Both the position numbers and the translations under genes were made by a program. From contig OX597814.1 in assembly GCA_951406725.2 (NCBI GenBank), forward strand, positions 87,048,001-87,112,000: a DNA stretch of 64,000 nt. Reading direction: 5' to 3'. Positions 49,376 to 62,764 of this stretch are shown here, one piece after another (positions within the stretch are counted from its first letter, which is position 1; each line of letters begins with the position of its first letter). Below the pieces are notes generated by a model. The model made no database searches. It was not told the origin of the DNA and saw only the letters and a list, made by a program, of their open reading frames with translations. Source of the DNA: Octopus vulgaris (Eukaryota).

Positions 49376-50073
49376 TTCTTGAGTAACCTCAATGACGTTT
49401 CATGAGGTTACTCAAGAACTTATTTGTATTGAACTGTTTCTTCGAATGTGTTTGTTCTTCAGGTTTGGTTACCCATACCTATACATATATCAATAGATGT
49501 ATGTAGATATATCAATAATTGGCCCCTGGAATATCTCTGAATACAATTCAAAGACCAGTATTAACAAATGTTGATATGGTATTCAGTGTTACTGTAAATA
49601 TAAATCTCTAATCTTTTCCAAAATTTTATGATCTAACTAATGGGGTAAAAACCATTTATTTGCTTAATACAGAAGGAAACTGTGATTTAACCAGGTTTTT
49701 TTTAAATCCAAACTCTACTGACTGAATGAAACCTTTTTGAGATTAAACATATTTCATAGATCTCAGTTGTCATTCTGAACTTGAATTCCATGTAATCCTT
49801 TTAAATACTTGTTGTTAGGTAGTCAAAAACTGCAAAGGCATTTTGGGTTGAAATCCTCACCAGAACTCCTTCTGAAACTGAATCCAATGTAAATTACATT
49901 TATAATTCATTCAAAAAGGGTTTCACAATGAACTGTTTAAGTGAAGTAGTATGTTATTCAATTTTCAAACTACTGATGATGATGATGTCTATCTGTGTCA
50001 CTTTCTTCATGTGCATCTCTTGTTCTATCTTTCTTTCTCTCTCACTTTCACCCCCCTATCTCTAAAGGGACAT

Positions 50074-50076
50074 AGA

Positions 50077-50135
<59 letters not shown>
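50074..50135. repeat. (GA)n microsatellite
   Basis: Direct reading. Confidence 0.95.
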
Positions 50136-50140
<5 letters not shown>

Positions 50141-50496
50141 AAGAAAAAGAGAGAGTAAGAAAGTAAAAAGGTTTAGTAGAGACTGAAAGAGGGGAAAGAA
50201 AAAAGCAGTTTGATTTTATACACATCTACTACTGCTGTCATCATGTCATTGCTTGCCCCATTTCCCTGCATTCCTTATTTCCAGAAAAAAAAAGTAAAAG
50301 AAAAATTGGTAATTTATCTCTTTCTCATCTTATTTCATAGAGAGTAGAAGGAGGTTTGAAGGAGATTTGACTGCTACTTCTCAAAAGGAATATCATCCAT
50401 ACTTACCTGTGAGAAGTCAAATAATAATAAGATATACAGTTATTGTGGGTGTTTGTTCTATAGTCTCCACATTTGTCTGTCTCTCTCTCTCTCTGT

Positions 50497-51202
<706 letters not shown>

Positions 51203-51604
51203 GTTTTTAGATATTCAGATATAAGGATTCTTGAGAAAGTATTTGAGTAAATTTTCACTCTTTACTGAATATCCTATTTGTGTACATACAAACTTTATTG
51301 TAGATTAAATGAAGCTTTTTGGATTTGTGATATTTAGTTTCCATTTTAGTCATGCTAAGAAAATTGTTGGGAGAGATTTAGCTGCTAACTATTTCTTTAT
51401 TTTATATTACAGTATGGGTACAAATAGCATCACAATAATTTGCCTGATAAATTTCATTGCAAAGTAAATTCATCATTTCGGCAAATGCATTATTGATACA
51501 TTATTGATACATATTATTGATGCATTATTGATACATATATCCTCAAGATTGTTATCTGCAGAATAAAAGCAACACTTAACGTTATTTAAAATTGTTATTC
51601 AGGC

Positions 51605-52020
51605 ATAACAGGCATAGGAGTGGCTGTGTAGTAAGTATCTTGCTTACCAACCACATGGTTCTGGGTTCAATCCCACTGCATGGCACATTGGGCAAGTGTT
51701 TTCTACTATGGCCTCGGGCTGACAAAAGCCTTGTGAGTGGATTTGGTAGACGGAAACTGAAAGAAGCCCGTTGTATATATATATATATGTGTGTGTGTGT
51801 GTTTGTATGTTTGTGTGTCTGTGTTTGTCCCCACCCCCCAACATCGCTTGACAACCGATGCTGGTGTTTTTACGTCCCCGTAAATTAGCAGTTCAGCAAA
51901 AGAAACTGATAGAATAAGTACTAGGCTTACAAAGAATAAGTCCTGGGGTCAATTTGCTTGACTAAAGATAGTGCTCCAGCATGGCCACAGTCAAATGACC
52001 GAAACAAGTAAAAGAGGAAA
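51605..52020 (+). mobile_element. Full-length tRNA-derived SINE family B (CORE-like, octopus-type)
   Basis: gtggctgtgtagtaag A box, gggttcaatccc B box, ttgggcaagtg core, internal (TA)(GT) microsatellite, 3' end gaaacaagtaaaagag. Confidence 0.88.
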
Positions 52021-53430
52021 GGGGAAAGAGAGTAAACATGAAATTCAAAGAAATTATATAAAAAAAATTTGTTTGATTCAGAAATGTTTATAAATCTTGG
52101 AAAAGGAATAATCAAGAAATGGAATAACAATCAAACAGCATAATGCTTCTGCAGAAATTCTACACTCCAAAAAGAAAGACCATATATGCCAATGTATAAG
52201 ACATGCTTTTTCTTTTACTTTATAAATGATCATCATCATCATCTTTCAGTATCTGTTTTCCATACTGGCATGGGTTAGATGGTTTGACTGGAACTGGTAA
52301 GACAAAGAGCTGCACCAGGTTCCAGTCAGTTTTGGCTTGGCTTCTACAGCTGAATGTCCTTCCTAATGCCAACTGTATGTGTCACTGGCATGGATGCCTT
52401 TTACATGTCATTGGCATCAGTGCTGTTCATGTGTCACTGGCACTGACCATGATGACAATTTCATTTAACTTGATATGTCTTCTCAAGCATAGCAAACTGC
52501 CAAAAATCTCAGTCACTTGTCATTGTCTCCATGAGATTCAACATCCGAAGATCATAAGTGTAACAAAAATTTGCCATGTGTCTAATGTGATTGTATTACG
52601 GATGCAATACAAAGGATATAAGTGTATGATAAAACTCTAAATTTGTTTTTTACCACAAAACATAACATTTTTTTCCACAAAATAGTAGGGGCTTGGTTTA
52701 TGCAAGAGTGCATCTTATATACACTAGCAAATATAGTTTAAAGGCAACGTAAAAAGAATTCAATGCATCATTAATGAATATAAAATATCTTGAATTTTTA
52801 CTATTACTTGCTGGGTTGCAGGGAAGAACAGTGCTCAAGATCTTTGCAAACCCTTTCTAAGCTGTGAAATTGGTGTCATTAACATTTTTCTTGAACTACT
52901 ACATTTTACTCTTTATGCTAGGTTTAAGAGCAATATTCTATGGTGGGTTTCATTTGAGTTTTATTGAGAGACAAAGTATTTTCTGGTCCCGAAAAGAAGG
53001 GCCAGTCATTGGGATACAGATCTAGCTATGTTTTTTTCAGAAAAGCTCTTGTACTTTTCAAGGACGGCTCATGCTGCTCATGATCAAGGGTGAGGGGTAG
53101 GGAAGATGTATTGCAATGATGTTTTCTTGATAAGAGTAGCTCGTGTTTTCTTGCTGTTGAAAGAGACAAAATAGCATATTCCCACTACAGGATGCTTTTG
53201 AGGTTTCTGTTCATGGTATATGGTGGCTAGGCAGATAAAACATGGTTTATAGAGAAGAATGAAAGATAGTATCATCTCTGTAAGAATGGGTGTTGCTGGA
53301 AGTGAGGATAAGTAAGTCATTGGTGTATAGAAATAAGAGAATGAGGAACAAAACCAAACTCTAAAATTGACAGAATGCGGAATAGAAAGAAGTTTATTAA
53401 CGCATGCACACACACTTGCTCACATACATA

Positions 53431-53635
53431 TGAGGAGATGCTCAAAAGTTCTTGGTTTTGAGTAAAAGAAAATACAGGAGGATCAGTTAATTATGATCTT
53501 ATTCAATGTATTATCCTTTCAGATTTACACACTTACTACAACAGTCTTTCAGTTTTTCTAAGCCCTGTAAAAGAACTCAGAAGGTTGGGCCATTTGCAAT
53601 ACCCTTAAAGCCAGGAACTTTTCAGCACCTCCTTG
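53431..53635 (-). mobile_element. Mariner-derived MITE, copy 3
   Basis: TA-flanked, reverse complement of copies 1 and 2. Confidence 0.85.
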
Positions 53636-53749
53636 TATTTGCATGCAGAGCCAATTACATGCTAAAATATGAATAGTCACAAATATTTTTGCAAGTATGT
53701 ATGCAGCATTCTGACAAGAATACTGTTTATTATATATTTATATACATTT

Positions 53750-54088
53750 GTCTTGAGAAGACCTGTCAAGCCAAGTGAAATCATAATCATGGCTGGTAGC
53801 ATGTAAAAAGCATCCTTCGGATGTCGAGTCTCACAGAGGTGATAAGTGACTGAGACCTTTGGAAAAACACTGTGCTTGAAAAGACTTGTCAAACCAAGTG
53901 AAATTGTATTTGTGTCACGTAAAAAGCACCCATTACACTCTGGGAGTGGTTGGTGTCAGGAGGGGCATCCAGCCATAGAAACCATGTCAAATTAGATTGG
54001 AACCTGGTGCAATTCTCCAGCTAACCAGTTTCAGTCAAACTATCTAACCCATGCCAGCATGGAAAGCAGACACTAAATGATGATGATG
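53750..54088 (+). mobile_element. RTE 3'-end copy abutting the exon 10 acceptor
   Basis: Ends gcagacactaaat(gat)n, 30 nt before the AG. Confidence 0.8.
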
Positions 54089-54118
54089 TTTGTCTATTCG
54101 TCTTCTGTTCAAATCAAG

Positions 54119-54311
54119 GCTCGGGAGAAATACCTTAATGTTGGTCGTCTCATGAAATGCTATGAAGTCAACATTTACAACTCATGGAGGTTTGATGTTG
54201 AAAATAAGCTGCCCAACTTACTAAAACGAAATCTGCTGACCAGGGTATCTGTGAATGATAGCCATCAAGACGGCTCTACATCAGTGGATCAATGTTCATC
54301 AACAACAGGAA
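54119..54311 (+). CDS. DNAH10: DNAH10 exon 10
   Basis: tcttctgttcaaatcaag| AREKYLNVGRLMKCYE...LPNLLKRNLLTR...TTG|gtaagt, phase 0-1. Confidence 0.88.
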
Positions 54312-54529
54312 GTAAGTAATCTTTTTTTTTTTGTTTTGATTTGATATCAACAATTGCAAACCACTAAATTCACCAAAGGCAGCTATTTGGCTGAATGATT
54401 TATAACACTTTGATTCTCATTTCTAGTTGTGAGGCATAAATATTGTTCTATTTCTTGATTAAAAATTAGTGGTTATTAATGGCTTCTTTATTTAATCATT
54501 AAATAAAGATTTGAGAATCTGGTACTTTA

Positions 54530-54856
54530 AACCAAAGAGAAAATCTTTACTAACATCCTTCAGTCCCATGACATTCAGAAACATTTTTTCATGATAAGAG
54601 TTGTTGAAGTATGGAACAGACTGCTGGCATCAGTTGTTAGTTGTCGGAGCACTGCATCCTTCAAAACTTTCATGCTTCCTGGGATTCGCCAACATTACAC
54701 CTGATTTTCTCCCCTCCATACACACGCAAGCATGTATCTGACTCATACACTGTTCACTTTCCAGACATTCGTACATTACCGCATATGCTTTATACGCACT
54801 TTCGACAAGTTGTGGTGCACCTGAGCATTGTATACAATAATTTCATTATTATTATA
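54530..54856 (+). mobile_element. CR1-group LINE 3' end
   Basis: HFFMIRVVEVWNRL motif, UTR and (ATT)n tail. Confidence 0.7.
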
Positions 54857-55015
54857 TAGTCTATTAGAATGAACTTCTCTAATTTTAACAATTACTACAA
54901 CTGACTGTTGTTTTGAATTTCCTATTCCCAAATTGATATATCTGTTCTGATATAGCATTTTTCATTGGATCTCCATCATACACTATGCTTAGTCCTTCAA
55001 TCAAACTCTGTATTA

Positions 55016-55331
55016 GTTTCAAATTTTGGCACAAGGCCTGCAACTTCAGGGGAGGGGGTAAGTCAATTACATTGACCCCAGTACTCAAATGTTACTTATT
55101 TTGTCAACCCCAAAAGGATGAAAGGTAAATTTGACTTCAGTAGAATTTGAACCCAGGATGTAAAGACAGATGAAATGCTGCTAAGCATTTTGCCTGGCAT
55201 GCTTACAATTCTGCCAGCTCGTTGTCTTGCGGTGACCTCGATAGGAATTGAACTAAAAATGCAAAGTTGTGAAATTAAATGCTGAAATACATTTTAGCCA
55301 ACATGCTAAGGATTCTGTCAACTCTCTGGTA
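55016..55331 (-). mobile_element. SINE family A preceded by a second tRNA-like head
   Basis: Both parts enclosed by an 18-bp imperfect direct repeat caatcaaac(t/c)ct(g/a)tatta. Confidence 0.75.
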
Positions 55332-55952
55332 CAATCAAACCCTATATTAACCGTACTAATATCCCCAGCTTGCTCTCTTTTTCTCTGTAAGATGTGCTAA
55401 GTCATATCATTCTCTTCAGAAATAGCAATGAATTAAATGTGTTCAAGCACTCTTAGAAGCTTATGAGGGTTGGTAATTAATGTAAGTTTCTTCTATTTGG
55501 TAGATTAAAGATAAGTCCCTTGCTGTTTATTGCATGCACCATTGTAAAAGATATGGTACAACTTCTCACAATTTGGTGATCCGTGACATCTAGAATTGAG
55601 TGTAGTACCCAGGGACACAATGAAATGCATTCAGTACATTTAACTAAAGCTTATGTATTAATTGTTATTTGTAAACAATAGCAAGTAATAGGATTCCACA
55701 CAGTTTCCATCTATGAAATTAACTTACAAGGCATGGGCTTATAGTAGAAGATATTAGTCCAAAGTGTTGCACAGGGGAACTGAACCTGAAACCACATAGT
55801 TGCAAAGTGAGCTTCTTAACCACACAACCATGCCTGCACCTATCACATAGCCAAATATTTTAAAGCTGATGAAATTTCCAAATTAAACTATATCAAGATT
55901 TGTTTCATTTTGTATTTCTTTTCTTACGTAGTATTCTCCTTTATTTCTTCAG

Positions 55953-56083
55953 TTAATTCAGTAAATGATTTTAAATTTATTGTGGATTTTGACTCAATGC
56001 TACTTGAAATTATCTCTGAAACTAAATACATGGAGCAGCTTGGGTTTCCTGTCCCTGAATTGGCTCGGAATGTTGCATTGCAG
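55953..56083 (+). CDS. DNAH10: DNAH10 exon 11
   Basis: ttcttcag| ...FIVDFDSMLLEIISETKYMEQLGFPVPELARNVALQ|gtaaaa, phase 1-0. An in-frame alternative acceptor gives an exon start at 55962. Confidence 0.92.
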
Positions 56084-57666
56084 GTAAAATATTTTGGATC
56101 TAACTTTGTTGGTAAATGATGGAAACAGTGTCTAGATATTTGATAGGTACCTCAATATAGTACAACTTTTATATAATGATCTGACAGACACTGACTAATG
56201 TTGACTAGATTCATCATTTAACATCTGCTTTCCATGCTGGTATGGGTTGGACGGTTTGACATAGAGCTGCTCAGACTCCAGCTGTCTGTTGAGGTATGGT
56301 TTCTATGGTTGGATGACCTTCCTAATGCCAACCATGTAACAGAATGTGCTGCGTGCCTTTTATGTGCCACTGGCATGGGTGCGTTTATGCAGCACCAGTA
56401 CTGGTGCATTAGTGCAGCACTGACATGGGTGCTTTTTAAATGGCACTGGCACCTGTATGTGTGGAAGACATCGATTTTGATTGGCCTAATGTATCTTATC
56501 AGGTACAGCAAATTGCCACATCTCCCAGTTCCTTGTCATTTCCTCAGTGACACTCAGCATCCAAAGATCCTTTCTCACCACTTTTTCCCATGTCTTCCTG
56601 GGTTTACCCCTCACACAATTAGAGCATGGCACTTCATTATGCAGGTGATTTGGAATAGATAGACAAAATGTTAAATCTTGATTAGATAGTTACTAAATAT
56701 TGGTTAATTAGATATTAATTGCATAGACAAAATTAAATGGCTAGAGAGTCTGTAGATGTTGACTAGAATAAACATGATCTGAAGATGCTCACAAGGTAGA
56801 TGATGATGATGATCATCATCATCATCACAATGAGGAGGAGGAAGAAAAGGAGGGAAGGGGAGAAGGAGAAAGATGAAGGAAGAGAAGATAAGGTTAGTGG
56901 TAAAAGCAGTGGTTGGTCTTGTATGTTATGATCTTAATGCAGTCAGAATGACAAGCTCCTAACATCAAATGGTGGCAGTCTTCTTCAGTTCTATGATCTG
57001 ATGTCTTCTACCTTCTTTACAACCTCCACATATGGCTAGGTGTGAAGGAATTATGGATGTATCATATTCACACAAAATATTTGCAGTGCAGACTTCGGTA
57101 AACAAAAATTACACTATGAAGATCACTCTAATTTCACACATGCAACTAACACTTACAAATACAAGCCTCCTGGAACACTGGCCACAGACTTCATCTCTGG
57201 GTAGGGAATGGATGGATAAAGGAGCTGAGGAAATGTTTGGAATACTTATAATTACTGATACAGTGTGAATAAAGAGGTTGATGAATGCAATGTTATCTAA
57301 TTGCAGCTCAACCCTGATTAAGCAGACCTAAATGAAAGGCAAATTGACTTTCTTGGTATTTGTCTTGGACTACATTATCTAATTAGTTCTTTCCTTATTC
57401 AAGAAGGTATGATTAAATTTGTGAGTGATTTGGCTATGACTTCTGGCAAATGAAGCAACTAAGTAGAAATTCCCTTGGCCTGATGAATAAAATAGTTAAA
57501 ATAGTGGTGTCTTTTAAAACAACTAATTGCCACAACATCATCAAGAATGTTATCTTCATTTTCTGTGCTGACCCTGTAGAAATAAAACTCTTCTTTGCCT
57601 GAGACGAAGTTTGTCTATTAAATTTCCATCTTAACTATGTACAATTTTCTTTTAAATTAATTTCAG

Positions 57667-57753
57667 GAAGAAAAGTACATATGTTATACTGAAAGCTTAA
57701 ACAACATGCTGAAGCATTATTATGATATACTTGGTACATTAAATTTTGCTGAG
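57667..57753 (+). CDS. DNAH10: DNAH10 exon 12
   Basis: atttcag| EEKYICYTESLNNMLKHYYDILGTLNFAE|gtttgt, phase 0-0. Confidence 0.9.
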
Positions 57754-58390
57754 GTTTGTAGCTCTTTCCTTTTGGTTCAATTTAAAATGTTGACAATTTC
57801 TTAAGTTGTCTGTATTTTCGTTCTACTCACAAAATAGCTGGTTTTCAAAGTGAAAATGAATAGTATCTTGCCTCACTCTTCTCTACCTGTCAGACTAAAG
57901 AAGTACAGTAAGAGAATACATGAGACTTGTTAGTACTGCCCCTTTTCTCCAGATTAACTAGTGTAAAAATATATTATAAAAATAAAAACCTCTTATTTCA
58001 TATTTGTTTGATTTATTTATGAAATATCTTCTGTAAAACCTTTTATTCCTGCTGATTTATGTATTTCTCTGTTGTTGGTTTCTCTTGAATGTCTTGTAAA
58101 AAAAAATGTTTTCTTATTCCATCCAGCCTGGACGGAATATAGATATTACCACAAACTGTTGGAGTTATTGTGCTATGGTTGAGTATACTTCAGTTGAACC
58201 AGGCATGATCTTGTTTTTAGATAAGTAGCATGAGGAAGATAACATATTTTGTTTATTATTTATTTCTTTCTTTAAAATTTAAAACACATTGTAGCATATT
58301 TACTGGATTCACACAAACACCATGTTTTGATTGATAATACTAAAGTGTTTGATTGTATTTTCATTGACTATTTTCTTACACTTATTTCAG

Positions 58391-58504
58391 GCAAGCATTC
58401 TTGAAGAACATTTGAATGAACTGCAGAACATCATATATGCTGGATCCAAACGACTCAACTGGAATTCTCTTAGTATTGGAGACTTCACTGTACGATGTGA
58501 ATCT
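58391..58504 (+). CDS. DNAH10: DNAH10 exon 13
   Basis: atttcag| ASILEEHLNELQNIIYAGSKRLNWNSLSIGDFTVRCES|gtgagt, phase 0-0. Confidence 0.93.
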
Positions 58505-59043
58505 GTGAGTAGATTGTTAATATACTGTGAGATAATCCTAGCATTTGAAATTGGAATGGAGACTACTTCCTGGTTGTAATAAGTTCTTGGTGGGTCAAGT
58601 CTGAAATTCTTTCCTTTCACATATGTTACACTGCCTGTAGATATGAAAGTCACAGCTCACATTTTCCTTGAGAACAGACATGGCAGTTGTTTATGCTTAG
58701 GTTAAGGCCCTGGGATGACTTACATATTTTATGAAATATAAGTTTTTATACATACTGTGTTGTCATATGTATTTTAGTAAAATTATCATATTAAACTAAG
58801 AATTAGCTATGCAACATGGCTAAACCAGTTTGTGTTTGGCAAATGGAATAGCTACTTTGGGATTAGACTTCTACAAAGATTAAAAATTGACATCTCTATT
58901 TGAGTATACCTATGAACAAAAAAGGAAGAAACTATTCCTCTTATATCTCAAGATCATAAATGTTACAACCATTCATCTCCTTTCTCTATAAATCTATAAC
59001 ATTCTGCATCCTTCAAAGGTTTTCTTTATTATTAATGTGTTAA

Positions 59044-59265
59044 AGGGTGGTGAGGTGGCTGAATGGTTAGAACATAAGAAAAAGTGCTTTGCAGTTTTTG
59101 TTCTAGCTGTTTGCATTTTGGGTTCAAATCTTGCCATGGTCAATTTCTCCTTTCATCACTCTAAGTTTGATAAAATAATGCAATACTCAATTACTGGGGT
59201 CGATGATATCAATTAAACACTTCCCCTCAAAATTGCTGGCCTTGTGCGTTAATTGGAAATCATTA
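59044..59265 (+). mobile_element. SINE family A (older copy)
   Basis: A/B boxes, cctttcatc centre, ctggccttgtgc tail. Confidence 0.75.
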
Positions 59266-59303
59266 TCTTATGTATTTATGTATATTTTATTGTTTCATTG
59301 CAG

Positions 59304-59444
59304 AGCTTGACAAAGTTTGAGTCTTTGGTTAACCAGATACAAAAGAATGCACGTGATATTTGTCAGCGTTTAATGGTTATTGAGAATGTTAACTTGTTTA
59401 AGACTCCAATGACAAATCAATTTGAAACACTACCAACTTGTAAG
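59304..59444 (+). CDS. DNAH10: DNAH10 exon 14
   Basis: cattgcag| SLTKFESLVNQIQKNARDICQRLMVIENVNLFK...PTCK|gtatag, phase 0-0. Confidence 0.93.
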
Positions 59445-59478
59445 GTATAGTTACATATCTATATATATATATATTGTA

Positions 59479-60715
59479 TCAGGTCATCCCATAAATTCTG
59501 TCTGAATTTTGAATAAAGAAAACAAGTGATCAAATGTTATATTTAATTGAAATTTAATCATCAATGTACTTTCCCTGATCATCTATGACTTCCTTCCATC
59601 TATTTACAAGCTTTTAATCCCATCAATGTAAAACTCTTTTGGTTTCAAAGCAAACAACTCTGAAATGTCAGTTTCGATCTCCTCCTGGCTTACGAAAGTT
59701 ATGTCCCCCAAATGATTCTGCAAACTACGAAACACATGGTAGTCTGAAGGGGCAAGGTCAGGAGAATAAGGTGGATGAGAAATTTTTTCCCAACCAAGCT
59801 CTTTGATCTTCTGTGATGTGATCTTTGCAGTGTGGGGTCGCGCATTATCCCGATGAAACATCACTCCTTTTCGATTCATTAAAGCGGGTCTTTTTTCTTC
59901 AAAGCTTAGTTCAAATGCTCTAATTGCTGACAGTAGACTTGAGCATTGATTGTAGCATTAGGTGGTAACAATTCAAAGTGAATTACTCCTTTGTAATACC
60001 ACCAGATTGAGAGAAGAACCTTTTTCCCAAGAAGTTCCCTTCCTGGTTGTGGTTGAGCTTTTTCCCTTTTACCAAGCCACTGATCCATTTCTCATCACCA
60101 GTCATAAGTCTATCCAGAAAGAGTGAAATGAGTTCATGAGAATGGAGTAAAGAGCAGATTTGTGGTTGCTTTCAGACTATTCATGAGGCACCCATTTTCC
60201 AAGTTTAGGAACCTTTCCAAGTTGTTGAAGATGACGATGTATGGTTTGAACTAAGCTTTATTGCCAATTCTTCAACTGATAATGCAGGATTTTCTTCAAG
60301 TAATGCCTCAAGGAGCTTATCACCAAACTCAACTGGACTTCCTGTTCAATCTTTATCTTCAAGGCTGAAATCTTCACTTCTGAATTTTGCAAACCATCTT
60401 TTGCAAGTTCTTTCATTCACGCATCCTTTCCCATAAACTGAGTGTATGTTTCGAGTTGTTTTGGCTGCAGAGTTTCCTTTTTTGTACTCATAAAGCATTA
60501 TGTGCCTCAAATGCTCTTTGGATACTTCCATGTTAGAAAGGATTTTAATCAAAGAAATTTTAATTCTATTATTCTGAAAAATAATATTTATTTAGTTTAA
60601 ATGTACACAAATGCATAAAAATAATTTTTAATTCCATTAGAGATTGTAAAATACTATTAAATTTCATTCAATTTAAAAAAAGGTAAAATCGGACAGAACT
60701 AATGGGATCACTTGA
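59479..60715 (-). mobile_element. Full-length decayed mariner (DD34D)
   Basis: TA|tcaggtcatcccataaattctgtc ... gacagaactaatgggatcacttga|TA. MEVSKEHLRHIMLYEYKKG, TGDEKW, HRDNARPH, YSPDLAPSDY, split by frameshifts. Confidence 0.95.
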
Positions 60716-61602
60716 TACAAATAGCAAAGGACTGACTGAACATACAATGCTCATGTTAAAGAAATACCTGAGAATGGGGTTCCAATTAAAGAATTTGTGG
60801 AAGAGCTTTGTAAGAAATGTGATGTTCCTCATTAGCCATCTATAGAGGATTAGTAGTGGGGAAGTGTAACAAGATTCTCAGGAAGACATATAATATTAAT
60901 GAAAACAAATTGGTTGGTCTGTTCAGGAGAACTTTCTGATCAGGGACTACTATGGATAATTTCCAGAAGCCCTTGGCCTGGCAATGCTAATGAAGGTTGC
61001 TATTGGTTCAAGATAAACCAATTCTACAGGCACAGATGTGACATTAGATGGGCTTGTTCAACAATCACACAGAGTAACAAAACCATTTTGCATGCTCTTG
61101 TTCAGTGTTTAGGCATTGCTAACTTGTAGAGTTATGTTGACAGTTGCTGTCATACATGGGATGGATCTTTCTTTTGGCCAAGTTCATAGTGATGATTTCC
61201 CTATTCTCCTTTAACTGAGCAGGTAAGGCAGTTTTCCTTTAACTGAGCTGGTAAGGCAGTTTTCCTTTGTCTGGTGTGTATGGTGAAAGAGGCTGTATGG
61301 TATGAGGAAAGAGATATTCTGCTTTGGTAGAGCCCTTGTCAACTTTTACAAATTTTTATTGAAAAGAAAAGTGAAGTGGGGAGAGAGGTGCTGTTCTTGA
61401 GTAAATTTATTGAAAGGTGGGTGAAAGTGGTGAAAATAGCAAGAGACCTTAGAGTTGGAGAACAAGAGTTGGAGAAGGCACTTGCCTTTGGATGAAGAGG
61501 CTCCTTGATTGACCTTTGAGTTCCTCTTGTATAATCCTTTTTTTCATTACTGATGTCCGGATTATATATTTTTTCCTCTTGTAATATTGTATACCATGTC
61601 AA

Positions 61603-62030
61603 AAGCAGCAAACTGGCAGAATCATTAGCACACTAGGCAAAATGCGTAGCAGCATTTTGTCCATCTTTATGTTCTAAGTTCAAATTCTGTCATCCTTTCA
61701 GGGTCGATAAAATAAGACCAGTGGAGCACTGGAGACAATGTAATTGACTTGTCCCTTCCCCTGTAATTGCTGACCTTTTGCCAAAATTTGAAACCAATAT
61801 TATATACCATGTGGAGATGGTGAGCTGGCAGAATTGTTAGCATGCTGGGATAAATGCTTAGTGGCATTTTGTCTGTCTGTACATTCTGAGTTCAAATTCT
61901 GCCAAGGTCAGCTTTGCCTTTCATCCTTTCAAGATTGATAAAATAAGTACCAGTTGAACTCTAGGGTTGATTTGACTTACCCTGTCCCTCGAAATTGCTG
62001 GCCTAGTGCCAAAATCTGAAACCATTATTA
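61603..62030 (+). mobile_element. Two tandem SINE family A copies
   Basis: Copies at ~61603-61800 (flanked by tataccatgt repeats) and ~61815-62030, followed by a (TTA)n tail up to the exon 15 acceptor. Confidence 0.82.
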
Positions 62031-62087
62031 TTATTGTTGCCATTGTTATTATTATTGTTATTATTATTATTTAAAATTTTCAACTAG

Positions 62088-62276
62088 GAATATTTTGAAT
62101 ATATTGGGAAAGAAACAAATAAAGATTTAGAAGTGTTAGTTCGCAAATACAAAGCCATTGGGCCTTTGATAACCAAGATAGAAGGAATGCTGGTCCAAAG
62201 TAACACTGGTAAATCTCCCAAACTACATCAGTATTATAAATACTGGGAGAGAAAAGTCTATGAATCATTATTAAAG
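62088..62276 (+). CDS. DNAH10: DNAH10 exon 15
   Basis: ttttcaactag| EYFEYIGK...YKAIGPLITKIEGMLVQSNTGKSPKLHQYYKYWERKVYESLLK|gtaggt, phase 0-0. Confidence 0.93.
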
Positions 62277-62603
62277 GTAGGTGTAGCTTGTTTTATAAAT
62301 TGTCCAGTTTATACATTATTCTGTTACTTAGTTCTACCAACTTTTGTTTTATCAAAAATGATAATTGTCTCCATACATATCTGAGAAGATTTGGCTTTAT
62401 GAAACACCATGACCCTCCTCCTCCTCCTCCTCCCCTCCTTCTCCCCTCTTCCCATCCTCCTCCCTCCCCCTCAACCACCTTCATTACTATGACCACAGTT
62501 TGGATACTTATTAATCAGACTATGTATAATGCAAGACAAATACACATACATACATATGTATATATACATATATCCATGTACATAATTGTCTACATACTTT
62601 CAG

Positions 62604-62764
62604 ATGATCACCAATAATCTGAAATATTTCAACTTTTTGGTTACCTCACCAAAGCCTTTGTTCTACATTGAAGCCCTTCTTGCAGCACCAGAGGTCATTC
62701 TTCATCCTTCTGCCAATGATATTTTCAACATGACCATGCAAGCTTTTAGAGACTGCATTAATGG
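62604..62764 (+). CDS. DNAH10: DNAH10 exon 16 (gene continues past the window)
   Basis: ctttcag| MITNNLKYF...PLFYIEALLAAPEVILHPSANDIF...DCIN|gtagga, phase 0-2. Confidence 0.92.

Noticed and set aside
51605-51690. tRNA gene-like A/B boxes (also at other SINE heads)
   Set aside because: No complete cloverleaf, and each continues into a SINE body.
59479-60715. Active or domesticated transposase (also 26239-27499, 16100-17232)
   Set aside because: All copies contain stops and frameshifts.
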